A stretch of 64,000 nucleotides of DNA from Squalus acanthias (taxonomy: Eukaryota), in contig JASTWF010000339.1 of NCBI GenBank assembly GCA_030390025.1, positions 186,001 through 250,000 on the forward strand, in the 5' to 3' direction. A program made the position numbers and the translations under genes. This document shows positions 26,569-37,700 of the stretch, in pieces. Each line of letters opens with the position of its first letter. Position 1 is the stretch's first letter. The notes under the pieces are model-generated. The model searched no databases. It worked only from the letters and a program-made list of their open reading frames with translations, and was not told the origin of the DNA.

Positions 26569-28387
26569 ATGGAGAGGGTGAGAGAACGAGCTCATCGCTT
26601 CACCGAGCGGGCCTTGGATGCTCTGGTTGGCGCGGTGGAGCGCAGAAGATGTATACTCTTCCCTGAGAGTGGCAGGAGGCCTTTGCCACGCGAGTACAGA
26701 AGAGTGTGGAGGGAGGTGGCTCAGAGCGTCTCCTCCAGGAGCATGGTGCCCAGGACCCATGTTCAATGCCGCAAAAAGTTCAACGACCTCACTCGGGTCG
26801 TCAGGGTGAGTGGCTTTTTCTCAATACCTCTCCATCCCTCCATCTCAACCTCACTCTGTGGCCAGAGGGTCTTAAAACCCCAATGCACAACACTCATCCA
26901 ACACCTATGGCCCTTTCATGAAACACACACACACATTCCACACTTTGCATACAGTAAGGGCTATCACCTATGGGAGGCACATCAGGCAAGACCATGGCTG
27001 CATACAGTAAGGGCTATTCACCTATGGGAGGCACATCAGGCAAGACCATGGCTGTATATTTACTCAGACGCTGTCCTTTTTCTTGCAGGCCAAGCTGGCG
27101 CATAATCGGAGACAGCAGCAACAGGACAGGTGGAGGGCGGCCTCAGCTGCACCCCTCAGCGATCTTGAGGAGCGCGTCCACAGGATTGTGGCAAGCCGGG
27201 TGATCGGTCCCGTCGCCACTGGAGACGCCGACCCCGTTCTGGACAGCAATGGTAAGGTCATCACCTTTTTGTCCTCTGTCCTTCCACTTGTCCCTCACAA
27301 CACCAGCCTTTGACACTTTCAATCCAACTTGCTAACTCGCTGCACTTATTCCTCCCTTACTGCCACCCTGTCCTCACACTAAAGCCACTCTTGTACCTGC
27401 CTGCTTTCAGATGGTGATTCACCAGCTGAGGAGACGGGCCCTGAAGCTGCCACTGGGAGTGAAGCTGCAGCCGAGGAGGAAGAGGAAGCCGGAGCATCAG
27501 TGCCACCCTCTCCCGAGGAAGCCCATGCCCACACTGGGAACACGCCTTCCCTGGAGGGGAGCAGGGGGGAAGGGTCTGATGAGGGTGAAGCTCCAGGACC
27601 CAGCGGGCTGCAGCAACGCCATGGGGGTAGGGAAGAACGGGGGCCTTCTCCCCAGAGGGAGAGTATGCCAGAGACTCCTACTGCAATGGACGCAGAGGAG
27701 GAGCGGCTGATCGCAGAAATGAACACCCAGGCGGTGGGCATGCACACTGAGCTCATGGGTGCAGTGGGAAGGGTGCCCGAATGCATTGAGTCACTGGCAA
27801 GGAGTGTGGAGCACTTCGCTGTAGCACAGGCGGATGCCACACTAACGCTTAGTGCTGCAATTCAGTCACTGGCTGCCGTGATCCCATCTCTGACTGCTCT
27901 CATGCAGACTCAGATTGAGGCCACGCGAGCACAGACTGCTGCCAACCTCGATGGTTCGTTCACATGTCCCCGGGGCTCTCACCGCGCCGCAGCAGGCCAG
28001 CAATCTGTTCTCCAGCAGATTGCTCCGGATGCTGAAGTGCTGCCCCGTGGGAGTGCCAGTGTGTCGGGCGAGCAGGGAGTTGCTGTCCTCTCTCACGATG
28101 ACAGCATTCCTGCTGCCAACACTGTCACTTCTCCACTGCACTTGCCACCGCCTGTAGGACAGACTGCTGCCGCCCATGCAGAGTTGGTGCAGTCTGCAGC
28201 CGGGCCCTCCAGGCCCAGAACTGGTCGAGGCCGTCCTTCAGGGGCATCTGCAGTGTCAGGGTCTGACGATCAGCAGCCTTCCACCAGCCTTGCTGCAGCC
28301 ACTGAGGTCCCATTACGGAGGAGCAGTAGGGTTAGAAGGGGGGAAGTGCGCAAGGGAAGGAGATCACCCTCGAAGGGCAAAAAGTAG
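26569..28387 (+). CDS. Harbinger Myb/SANT-like DNA-binding protein; exons 26569-26805, 27089-27251, 27411-28387 (458 aa)
   Basis: Exon 1 encodes RAHRFTERALDALV...WREVAQSV...RTHVQCRKKFNDL (trihelix). Junctions AGG|GTGAGT, TTGCAG|GCC, ATG|GTAAGG and TTTCAG|AT splice in frame into ORF 27500-28387, which has an acidic middle and a basic C-terminus. Confidence 0.85.
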
Positions 28388-28699
28388 GAGGTGTGACAAA
28401 ATGCTGGTCATTTTTTTATTAAAGGCCGAGGTTCGTGGTCCAACTTTTGTTTAGTGTTTTGGACATTATCTCCAGGTTGTGAGAACCAGTTATGTTATTG
28501 ACTGTTTTTTTGTGTTTATTTCTATGAGTTTGTCATGAGGAAATGACACACACAGAGTTTGTAAAATAAATAAGTTTTTGTATTCAAAATATACATGTTT
28601 GGTGTTTGGAATTATTGGTGCCTTGGCCGGCTTAGGGGTTGCGTGCTGGGTTCATTGATGTTGTTAGCAATGGCAGAAGCCATTTCCACAGCAGGGGCC

Positions 28700-29851
28700 C
28701 TAGAAGCGGCTTGCTATCAGCCGTTGACGGACGGCCCTTGCAGTTTCACCATTGTGGGCCGCCCTCCCGCCTTGGTGCTGCTGATGATCATCCTCCTCGT
28801 CCTCTTCCTCCTCTTCCTCCTCCTCCTCTGGTGGTGCTCCAAGGCCTGGTGGCATTGGCTGGGTCCTGACGATTGCCATGTTATGCAACATGCAGCACAC
28901 AACTACGAAGTTGGATACTCGCTCAGGCGAGTACTGCAGGGCTCCTCCAGAATGGTCAAGACAGCGGAACCGTTGCTTGAGCACGCCGATTGTGCGCTCA
29001 ATGATGTTCCTGGTAGCTTGATGGCTCTCATTGTACCGCAGCTCAGCAGGGGTGTTGGGCGTACGGAGCGGTGTCATCAGCCAGGTGCTCAATGGATACC
29101 CCTTGTCCCCGAGAAGCCAACCAACTAGCTGATGCGGTGCCTCGAAAAGTTCTGCCACAGTAGTCTGGCGCAGGATAAAAGCATCGTGGCAGCTGCCAGG
29201 ATAGTGGGCATTGACAGTGAGTATCAGCTGTCTGACCAACTGAACATTCAAGGAATGGAACCCCTTTCTGTTCCGGAATTCCTCGGCATTCTCATGTGGA
29301 GCACGCAAAGCCACATGCGTGCAGTCAATGGCGCCCTGCACCATGGGGAAGCCCGCTATCCTCGCAAAGCCCAGAGCGCGGTCACGCTGCTTGTCTGGGG
29401 TCATGGGGAAAGAGATGAACTCTTGTCTCCTTTTAAAGAGGGCATTTGTGACCTGCCGGATGCAGCAATGCACCGCGAACTGGAAGATATTGGCGAGGTC
29501 CCCAGCAGCAGCTTGAAATGAGCCAGTAGCATAGAAGTTGAGAGCCACTGTGACCTTCACTGCCACCGACAGAGACGTCCTGGACCTCAGTTGAGGCTGC
29601 AGATCTGGCTGCAGCAGGTGGCAGAGCTCAGTGACCACCTCCTTGCTGAATCGCAGCCTTCGCAAACACAGCTCCTCAGACATATGAATGTAGGAGAGCT
29701 GTTCACGATATACCCTGGGAGGGTAAGCTCTCCTGTACATACGCCTGTTGGCCCTCCTCCGTCTGGCCATCATTGCCACTCTCTCTCTGCGTCTCTGTGT
29801 CCTCCGATTCAGCTGGAGCAGGACGACGCCCCCAATCAGTGCAGCCCCCAT
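28700..29851 (-). CDS. Harbinger DDE transposase (HARBI1-like)
   Basis: Motifs GAIDCTHV, NRKGFHSLNVQLV, PGSCHDAF, LLGDKGY and IIERTIGVLKQRFRCL. First ATG at 29851; the frame is open. Confidence 0.93.
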   Translation of the reverse strand: MGAALIGGVVLLQLNRRTQRRRERVAMMARRRRANRRMYRRAYPPRVYREQLSYIHMSEELCLRRLRFSKEVVTELCHLLQPDLQPQLRSRTSLSVAVKVTVALNFYATGSFQAAAGDLANIFQFAVHCCIRQVTNALFKRRQEFISFPMTPDKQRDRALGFARIAGFPMVQGAIDCTHVALRAPHENAEEFRNRKGFHSLNVQLVRQLILTVNAHYPGSCHDAFILRQTTVAELFEAPHQLVGWLLGDKGYPLSTWLMTPLRTPNTPAELRYNESHQATRNIIERTIGVLKQRFRCLDHSGGALQYSPERVSNFVVVCCMLHNMAIVRTQPMPPGLGAPPEEEEEEEEEDEEDDHQQHQGGRAAHNGETARAVRQRLIASRF

Positions 29852-31013
29852 AGTCTCTTTGCAAGCAAAGTAATGAAGGACAGCAACCAAAGTAGCAGCG
29901 AAGTTAGGATCAGTAGGCAAAACTACCTCACAAAGCGTTGACTCAATGCAGAAGTCTCTCTTTCTCTCTCTCCGAATCTCTCTCTCTCTCTGAGAATGAG
30001 TGGTGCAAAAATGTCAACCACAGAAAAAGACAGGAAGAGGCCCCCTTTAAATAGCGCACCCCCCAGCCCCACAGCGATTGATAGCGTTCCAGTCTTCCGG
30101 TCGTTGGATGCGCCAGGCGGTAAGGCAGGGGGCGCCACTCAATTTCCGCTCCGGGGCGCCACAAGGGCGTTGCACCATGGAATGACGTCACAATCTGCGC
30201 GCGCAGGTGGTCGCAGCGGTAAAGTTTAGCGCCGCCGCACAATGTCTAGTTAAGTTGCCGAGCGGCGCAAACATCGCTGCGCCCGGGCATTAGCGGCTTT
30301 GCGCCCCATTAGCGCCCTCTTAAGGCGCTAACGGGAGGCGCAACCAACTGAATTTTTACCCCCTTGTCTCTGTTTATATTATACTAGACCGTGTCTCTGT
30401 TTATATTACATGAGACCCTGTCTCTGTTTATATTACACTGGACCCTGTCACTGTTTATATTACACTAGACCCTGTCTCTGTTTACATTACACGAGGCCCT
30501 GTCTCTGTTTATATTACACTAGACACTGTCTCTGTTTATATTACACTGGACCCTGTCACTGTTTATATTACACGAGACCCTGTCTCTGTTTATATTACAC
30601 TAGACCCTGTCTCTGTTTATATGACACAACACCCTGTCTCTGTTTATATTACACTGGACCCTGTCTCTGTTTATATTACACTAGGCCCTGTCACTGTTTA
30701 TATTACACTAGACCCTGTCTCTGTTTATATTACACAACACCCTGTCTCTGTTTATATTACACTAGACCCTGTCTCTGTTTATATTACACTAGGCCCTGTC
30801 ACTGTTTATATTACATAAACCCTGTCGCTGTTTATATTACACTAGACCATGACTCTGTTGATATTACACCAGACCCTGTCTCTGTTTATATTACACTAGA
30901 CCCTGTCTCAGTTTATATTACACTAGACCCTGTCTCTGTTTATGTTACACCAGACACTGTCTCTGTTTATTTTACACAAGGCCCTGTCTCTGTTTATATT
31001 ACTCTAGACCCTC

Positions 31014-31513
31014 NNNNNNNNNNNNNNNNNNNNNNNNNNNNNNNNNNNNNNNNNNNNNNNNNNNNNNNNNNNNNNNNNNNNNNNNNNNNNNNNNNNNNNN
31101 NNNNNNNNNNNNNNNNNNNNNNNNNNNNNNNNNNNNNNNNNNNNNNNNNNNNNNNNNNNNNNNNNNNNNNNNNNNNNNNNNNNNNNNNNNNNNNNNNNNN
31201 NNNNNNNNNNNNNNNNNNNNNNNNNNNNNNNNNNNNNNNNNNNNNNNNNNNNNNNNNNNNNNNNNNNNNNNNNNNNNNNNNNNNNNNNNNNNNNNNNNNN
31301 NNNNNNNNNNNNNNNNNNNNNNNNNNNNNNNNNNNNNNNNNNNNNNNNNNNNNNNNNNNNNNNNNNNNNNNNNNNNNNNNNNNNNNNNNNNNNNNNNNNN
31401 NNNNNNNNNNNNNNNNNNNNNNNNNNNNNNNNNNNNNNNNNNNNNNNNNNNNNNNNNNNNNNNNNNNNNNNNNNNNNNNNNNNNNNNNNNNNNNNNNNNN
31501 NNNNNNNNNNNNN
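31014..31513. other. Assembly gap (500 N)
   Basis: Run of N within the satellite; the true size is unknown. Confidence 1.
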
Positions 31514-32325
31514 TACAACCTGTCTCTGTTTATATAACAGTAGACCCTGCCTCTGTTTATATTACACTAGACCCTGTCTCTCTTTATATTGCACTAGACC
31601 CTGTCTCTGTTTATGTTACACTAGACCCTGTCTCTCTTTATGTTACATTAGACCATGTCTCTGTTTATATTACACTAGACCCAACTCTGTTTATATTACA
31701 CTCGACCCTGTCTCTTTTTACATTACATTTCGCCCTGTCTCTTTATATTACACTCGACCCTGTCTGTGTTGGTATTACACTAGACCATGACTCTGTTGAT
31801 ATTACACTAGACCCTGTCTCTGTTTATGTTACACTAGATCCTGTCTCTGTTGATATTACACTAGACCCTGTCTCTGTTGATATTACTCTAGACCCTGTCT
31901 CTGTTTATATTACACTAGACCCTGTCTGTGTTTGTATTACACTAGACCCTGTCTCTGTTTATATTACACTAGACCCTGTCTCTGTTTATATTACACTAGA
32001 CCCTGTCTCTGTTTATATTACACTAGACCCTGTCTCTGTTTATATTACACTAGACCCTGTCTCTGTTTATATTACACTAGACCCTGTCTCTGTTTATATT
32101 ACACTAGACCCTGTCTCTGTTTATATTACACTAGACCCTGTCTCTGTTTATATTACACTAGACCCTGTCTCTGTTTATATTACACTAGACCCTGTCTCTG
32201 TTTATATTACACTAGACCCTGTCTCTGTTTATATTACACTCGACCCTGTCTCTGTTTATATTACACTCGACCCTGTCTCTGTTTATATTACACTCGACCC
32301 TGTCTCTGTTTATATTACACTAGAC

Positions 32326-34709
32326 CAGCGGTTCCCAACCTTTTCCTTTATGCGGACCACTACATCGTCATCAAAAGCTTCTGCGGACCACCAGCCGTTT
32401 AAAACATTTTTAACATCGCCTATGGCTGACGGGAGTCCAACTTCTATATCAACAGGTATTAAAAACGCAGCTGTTTCTAATCATTTATTATGCTCACTCA
32501 CAAATACATTGCACTGGCACTCGTCACAGCACATTTACCTGCAGTAGGCCTACCAGTGGGGAAAAGATAACACTTATCTAATGAGAAGGCGGAAGTTGTT
32601 TCACAGACATCAAACGCTGGATGTCAGGTTCCAGCGATAACAGTCTTAATCGGAGATCGGGTTCAACTTGCAGTTTATTTCGGCATTTGGTCTTCAATGC
32701 GACAAGCGCAGAAAATCCAGTTTCGCAAAGGTAGGTTGTGGGAAAAGGCATTACAAACTTTACTGCCTTGTCGGACAGTGCTGGATATTCCGAAGCAACT
32801 TTGAGCCAAAAGTCAGTCAGGTATTGCCGAGAGAAATCCTGCTTTAAAGCACTGTCACAGGACAGTTCCACAAGGTTGTCTTGCTCTGTCGAGGTCAGGC
32901 TGGCGAGGATGTCATCATCAAGGCTCGCAAAGGGATTTCGTATCCAGTTGAATTTTGTGTCAGGCACAGGGAAGTACTTGCGTAGGTTTATTTTCAAACT
33001 TTGGAGGTGCTCTCTGATGATATGTTTCACACTGTTTGGAAGCTGCATCTCTGCCGTGACCAAAAAATCAGACAGATTCGCAAACGAGTCGTAATTTGAC
33101 TGCTCAAGTCGTTTGGCCCACATCTCTATTTTCTTGATCATCACTTCTATTTTGTCCTGCACATGAAAGAATGTCACTGATTTTCCCTGAAGACGCAGAT
33201 TGAGACCATTCAAGTGATAGAAAATATCTGCCATATATGCCAATTTGTCCAGCCACTGAAAGTCACCGAAGCGATGTGAAAGTTCAAACTTGGAGTCCAG
33301 TAAAAAAAATCTCACCTCATCATGCAACTCTAAAAGACGAGTGAGTACCTTTCCTCGGGACAGCCAGCGGACCTCGGTGTGCAGAAGTAGTTGATGGTGA
33401 TCACTGCCCATCTCGTCACAAATAGCTGCAAATATTCGCGAATTCAGTGGAAGGGCCTTGATAGAATTAACAGTTTTAACGGCTTCCTCCAAAACGGTCT
33501 TGAGATCAGCAGGCATTTTCTTTGCAGCTAACGCCTCCCTATGGATGCTACAGTGAATGGATGATGCTGCCGGAGCCACTGCTCTTACACGCGTAACAAC
33601 CCCACTGTGTTGGCCTAACATCGCACGGGCCCCATCTGTGCCAAGTCCGACACATTTTGACCAATCAATCCCATTTTCAACAATGAAACTGTTCAACATT
33701 CCAAAAATAGCCTCTGCAGCTGAGTGTGTGGGCAACGATTTACAAAAGAGGAAGTCCTCATGTATCTCTCCATTGTGTTCATACCTTACATAGGTGATCA
33801 GGTTTGCAATGTCCGTTGATTCATCCTTTTGAAGTGCATAAAAACGACTCGCTTGCATTCTCGCTATTAGCTGATCACACAAGTCCTGAGCCATCTCATC
33901 AATTCTGCGTTGAACTGTGTTATCCGACAATGAAATCATGTTAATTTGCTTGCAGGCCCCCTCTCCCAGCATAACACCCACCATCTCCTTAGCTGCTGGC
34001 AATATCAACTCCTCCCCAATTGTGTGCAGCTTCCCTGTCCTTGCTATGAGCCTCGCTACCCGGTACGAGGCCTCCACCGCCTTAGGATTATCACTGCCTT
34101 TAGATGTGCATTCCATAATTGTCTTGCTACGTTGAAATTCTTTGAGCTGATTGTAAAAATATCCAATTGGCTTGGACACGTATTCCCCATACTTAGTCTC
34201 AAGATGACGGCGAAGATTAGCGGGCTTTAGGCTTTCATTCGACAGAACATCATAGCGCACGACACATACTGGTAATGGTTCGTTCTCAGTTCCAGTGTAA
34301 GTAAATCCCAGTTTTAAGTATTCACTGCTGTATTTTCTCCTCACTTTTCGCTTACTTTTGTTGTGCTGAGTTTCATTTGCTGATGTCTCACTGTCATTTT
34401 GACCATAGTAGAGAGTTCGCTGACGTGTACCAGATAAAAGCCATCGATCCATTTTTTGATTCCCGCGCTCTAACCGTCGAATTTTCTAAGAGCGTCGGTT
34501 CACATTGACGTCACGCAAAAGCGCCACACTATTTAAATTCAGAGAATCACAAGGATGTTTGTGAAGCATATTACATTGCGAATAATAATGAAATATAGAA
34601 TATGATACATACGAGGAACACGTAATTATATTATTATTACAGTATCATAATTATTTTTTTTCACGGACCACGTGCAGTACTCTCGCGGACCACAGGTTGG
34701 CAACCACTG
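32326..34709 (-). mobile_element. hAT transposon, Buster/Charlie group, both ends present
   Basis: TIRs CAGCGGTTCCCAACCT (32326) and AGGTTGGCAACCACTG (ending 34709). Subterminal CGGACCAC motifs occur at both ends. Confidence 0.95.
32578..34452 (-). CDS. Buster-type hAT transposase (624 aa), BED finger degenerate
   Basis: Motifs DESTD, TDGARAM, HCSIHREAL, HTEVRWLSRG and PTTYLCETGFS. The BED-like region CVVRY...LRRHLETKY lacks the second Cys and the last His. Confidence 0.9.
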   Translation of the reverse strand: MDRWLLSGTRQRTLYYGQNDSETSANETQHNKSKRKVRRKYSSEYLKLGFTYTGTENEPLPVCVVRYDVLSNESLKPANLRRHLETKYGEYVSKPIGYFYNQLKEFQRSKTIMECTSKGSDNPKAVEASYRVARLIARTGKLHTIGEELILPAAKEMVGVMLGEGACKQINMISLSDNTVQRRIDEMAQDLCDQLIARMQASRFYALQKDESTDIANLITYVRYEHNGEIHEDFLFCKSLPTHSAAEAIFGMLNSFIVENGIDWSKCVGLGTDGARAMLGQHSGVVTRVRAVAPAASSIHCSIHREALAAKKMPADLKTVLEEAVKTVNSIKALPLNSRIFAAICDEMGSDHHQLLLHTEVRWLSRGKVLTRLLELHDEVRFFLLDSKFELSHRFGDFQWLDKLAYMADIFYHLNGLNLRLQGKSVTFFHVQDKIEVMIKKIEMWAKRLEQSNYDSFANLSDFLVTAEMQLPNSVKHIIREHLQSLKINLRKYFPVPDTKFNWIRNPFASLDDDILASLTSTEQDNLVELSCDSALKQDFSRQYLTDFWLKVASEYPALSDKAVKFVMPFPTTYLCETGFSALVALKTKCRNKLQVEPDLRLRLLSLEPDIQRLMSVKQLPPSH

Positions 34710-37700
34710 GTCTCGTGTAATACAAACAGTGAGAGGGTCTCGTGTAATATAAACAGAGACAGGGTCTAGTGTAATACAAACAGAGACAGGGTCTAGTGTA
34801 ATATAAACAGAGACAGGGTCTAGTGTAATATAAACAGAGACAGGGTCTAGTGTAATATAAACAGAGACAGGGTCTAGTGTAATATAAACAGAGACAGGGT
34901 CTAGTGTAATATAAACAGAGACAGGGTCTAGTGGAATATAAAGAGACAGGGTCTAGTGTAATATAAACAGAGACAGGGTCTAGTGTAATATAAACAGAGA
35001 CAGGGTCTAGTGTAATATAAACAGAGATAGGGTCTAGTGTAATATAAACAGAGACAGGGTCTAGTGTAATATAAACAGAGACAGGGTCTAGTGTAATATA
35101 AACAGAGACAGGGTCTAGTGTAATATAAACAGAGACAGGGTCTAGTGTAATATAAACAGAGACAGGGTCTAGTGTAATATAAACAGAGACAGGGTCTAGT
35201 GTAATATAAACAGAGACAGGGTCTAGTGTAATATAAACAGAGACAGGGTCTAGTGTAATATAAACAGAGACAGGGTCTAGTGTAATATAAACAGAGACAG
35301 GGTCTAGTGTAATATAACAGAGACAGGGTCTAGTGTAATATAAACAGAGACAGGGTCTAGTGTAATATAAACAGAGACAGGGTCTAGTGTAATATAAACA
35401 GAGACAGGGTCTAGTGTAATATAAACAGAGACAGGGTCTAGTGTAATATAAACAGAGACAGGTCTAGTGTAATATAAAGAGAGACAGGGTCTAGTGTAAT
35501 ATAAACAGAGACAGGGTCTAGTGTAATATAAAGAGAGACAGGGTCTAGTGTAATATAAACAGAGACAGGGTCTAGTGTAATATAAACAGAGACAGGGTCT
35601 AGTGTAATATTAACTGAGACAGGGTCTAGTGTAATATAAACAGAGACAAGGTCTAGTGTAATATAAACAGAGACAGGGTCTAGTGTAATATAAACAGAGA
35701 CAGGGTCTTGTGTAATATAAACAGAGACAGGGTCTAGTGTAATATAAACAGAGACAGGGTCTAGTGTAATATAAAGAGAGACAGGGTCTAGTGTAATATA
35801 AAGAGAGACAGGGTCTAGTGCAATATAAACAGAGACAGGGTCTAGTGCGATATAAACAGAGACTGGGTCTAGTGTAATATAAACAGAGACAGGGTCTAGT
35901 GTAATATAAACAGAGACAGGGTCCAGTGCAATATAAACAGTGACAGCCTCAGTGTAATATAAACAGAGACAGGGTCTAGTGTAATATAAACAGAGACAGG
36001 GTCCAGTGTCATATAAAGAGAGACAGGGTCTAGTGTAATATAAAGAGAGACAGGGTCTAGTGTAATATAAAGAGAGACAGGGTCTAGTGTAATATAAACA
36101 GAGACAGGGTCTAGTGTAATATAAACAGAGACAGGGTCTAGTGTAATATAAACAGAGACAGGGTCTAGAGTAATATAAACAGAGACAGGGTCCAGTGTAA
36201 TATAAACAATGACAGAAACTAGTGTAATATAAACAGAGACAGGGTCTAGTGTAATATAGAGAGAGACAGGGTCTAGTGTAATATAAACAGAGACAGGGTC
36301 AAGTGTAATATAAACAGAGACAGGGTCCATTGTAAGATAAACAGTGACAGGGTCATGTGTAATATAAACACAGACAGGGTCTAGTGTAATATAAAGAGAG
36401 ACAGGGTCTAGTGTAATGTAAACAGAGACAGCGTCTAGTGCAATAAAAAGAGAGACGGGGTCTAGTGCAATATAAAGAGAGACAGGGTCTAGTGCAATAT
36501 AAAGAGAGACAGGGTCCAGTGTAATATAAACAGAGACAGGGTCTAGTGTAATATAAACAGAGACAGGGTCTAGTGTAATATAAACAGAGACAGGGTCTAG
36601 TGTAATATAAACAGAGACAGTGTCTAGTGTAATATAAAGAGAGACAGGGTCTAGTGTAATATAAAGAGAGACAGGGTCTAGTGTAATATAAACAGAGACA
36701 GGGTCTAGTGTAATATAAACAGAGACAGGGTCTAGTGTAATATAAACAGAGACAGGGTCTAGTGTAATATAAACAGAGACAGGGTCTAGTGCAATATAAA
36801 GAGAGACAGGGTCTAGTGTAATATAAAGAGAGACAGGGTCTAGTGAAATATAAACAGAGACAGGGTCTAGTGTAATATAAACAGAGACAGGGTCTAGTGT
36901 AATATAAAGAGAGACAGGGTCTAGTGTAATATAAAGAGAGACAGGGTCTAGTGTAATATAAAGAGAGACAGGGTCTAGTGTAATATAAACAGAGACAGGG
37001 TCTAGTGTAATATAAACAGAGACAGGGTCTAGTGTAATATAAACAGAGACAGGGTGTAGTGTAATATAAACAGAGACAGCGTCAAGTGCAATATAAAGTG
37101 AGACGGCGTCTAGTGTAATATAAAGAGAGACAGGGTCTAGTGAAATATAGAGAGAGACAGGGTCTAGTGTAATATAAACAGAGACAGTGTCTAGTGTAAT
37201 ATAAAGAGAGACAGGTTCTAGTGTAATATAAAGAGAGACAGGGTCTGGTGTAATATAAACAGAGACAGGGTCTGGTGTAATATAAACAGAGACAGGGTCT
37301 AGTGTAATATGAACAGAGACAGGGTCCAGTGTAATATAAACAGTGACAGGGTCTGTGTAATATAAACAGAGACAGAGCCTAGTGTAATATAAACAGAGAC
37401 AGGGTCTTGTATAATATAAACAGAGACAGGGTCCATTGTAAGATAAACAGTGACAGGGTCTAGTGTAATGTAAAAAGAGACAGGGTCTAGTGTAATATAA
37501 ACAGAGACAGGGTCTAGAGTAATATAAAGAGAGACAGGATCTAGTGTAATATAAAGAGAGACAGGGTCCAGTGCAATACAAACAGAGACAGGGTCTAGTG
37601 TAATTTAAACAGTGACAGGGTCTAGTGTAATATAAACAGAGACAGGGTCCAGTGTAATATAAAGAGAGACAGGGTCTAGTGTAATATAAAGAGAGACAGG

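Larger units (their letters stand above)
26218..30362. mobile_element. PIF/Harbinger DNA transposon, apparently full length with two convergent genes
   Basis: TIR GGGGGAAAAATT at 26218 and AATTTTTACCCC ending at 30362. GC-rich subterminal regions. The 3-bp flanks CCT/CTT form an imperfect TSD, so the ends are uncertain by 1 bp. The satellite resumes in phase. Confidence 0.93.
23945..32325 (+). repeat. 27-bp satellite, forward orientation, interrupted by the Harbinger element and the gap
   Basis: ACACTAGACCCTGTCTCTGTTTATATT in tandem at 23945-26217, 30363-31013 and 31514-32325. Confidence 0.98.

Noticed and set aside
26947..27055. Tandem duplication of about 53 bp in the Harbinger element
   Set aside because: It lies inside intron 1 of the Myb/SANT gene with no evident consequence.
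30994..31537. ORFs spanning X runs
   Set aside because: Artefacts of the assembly gap.
28700..34452. Host genes HARBI1 or ZBED5/ZBED8
   Set aside because: Both ORFs lie between TIRs inside satellite DNA, which marks them as transposon copies.
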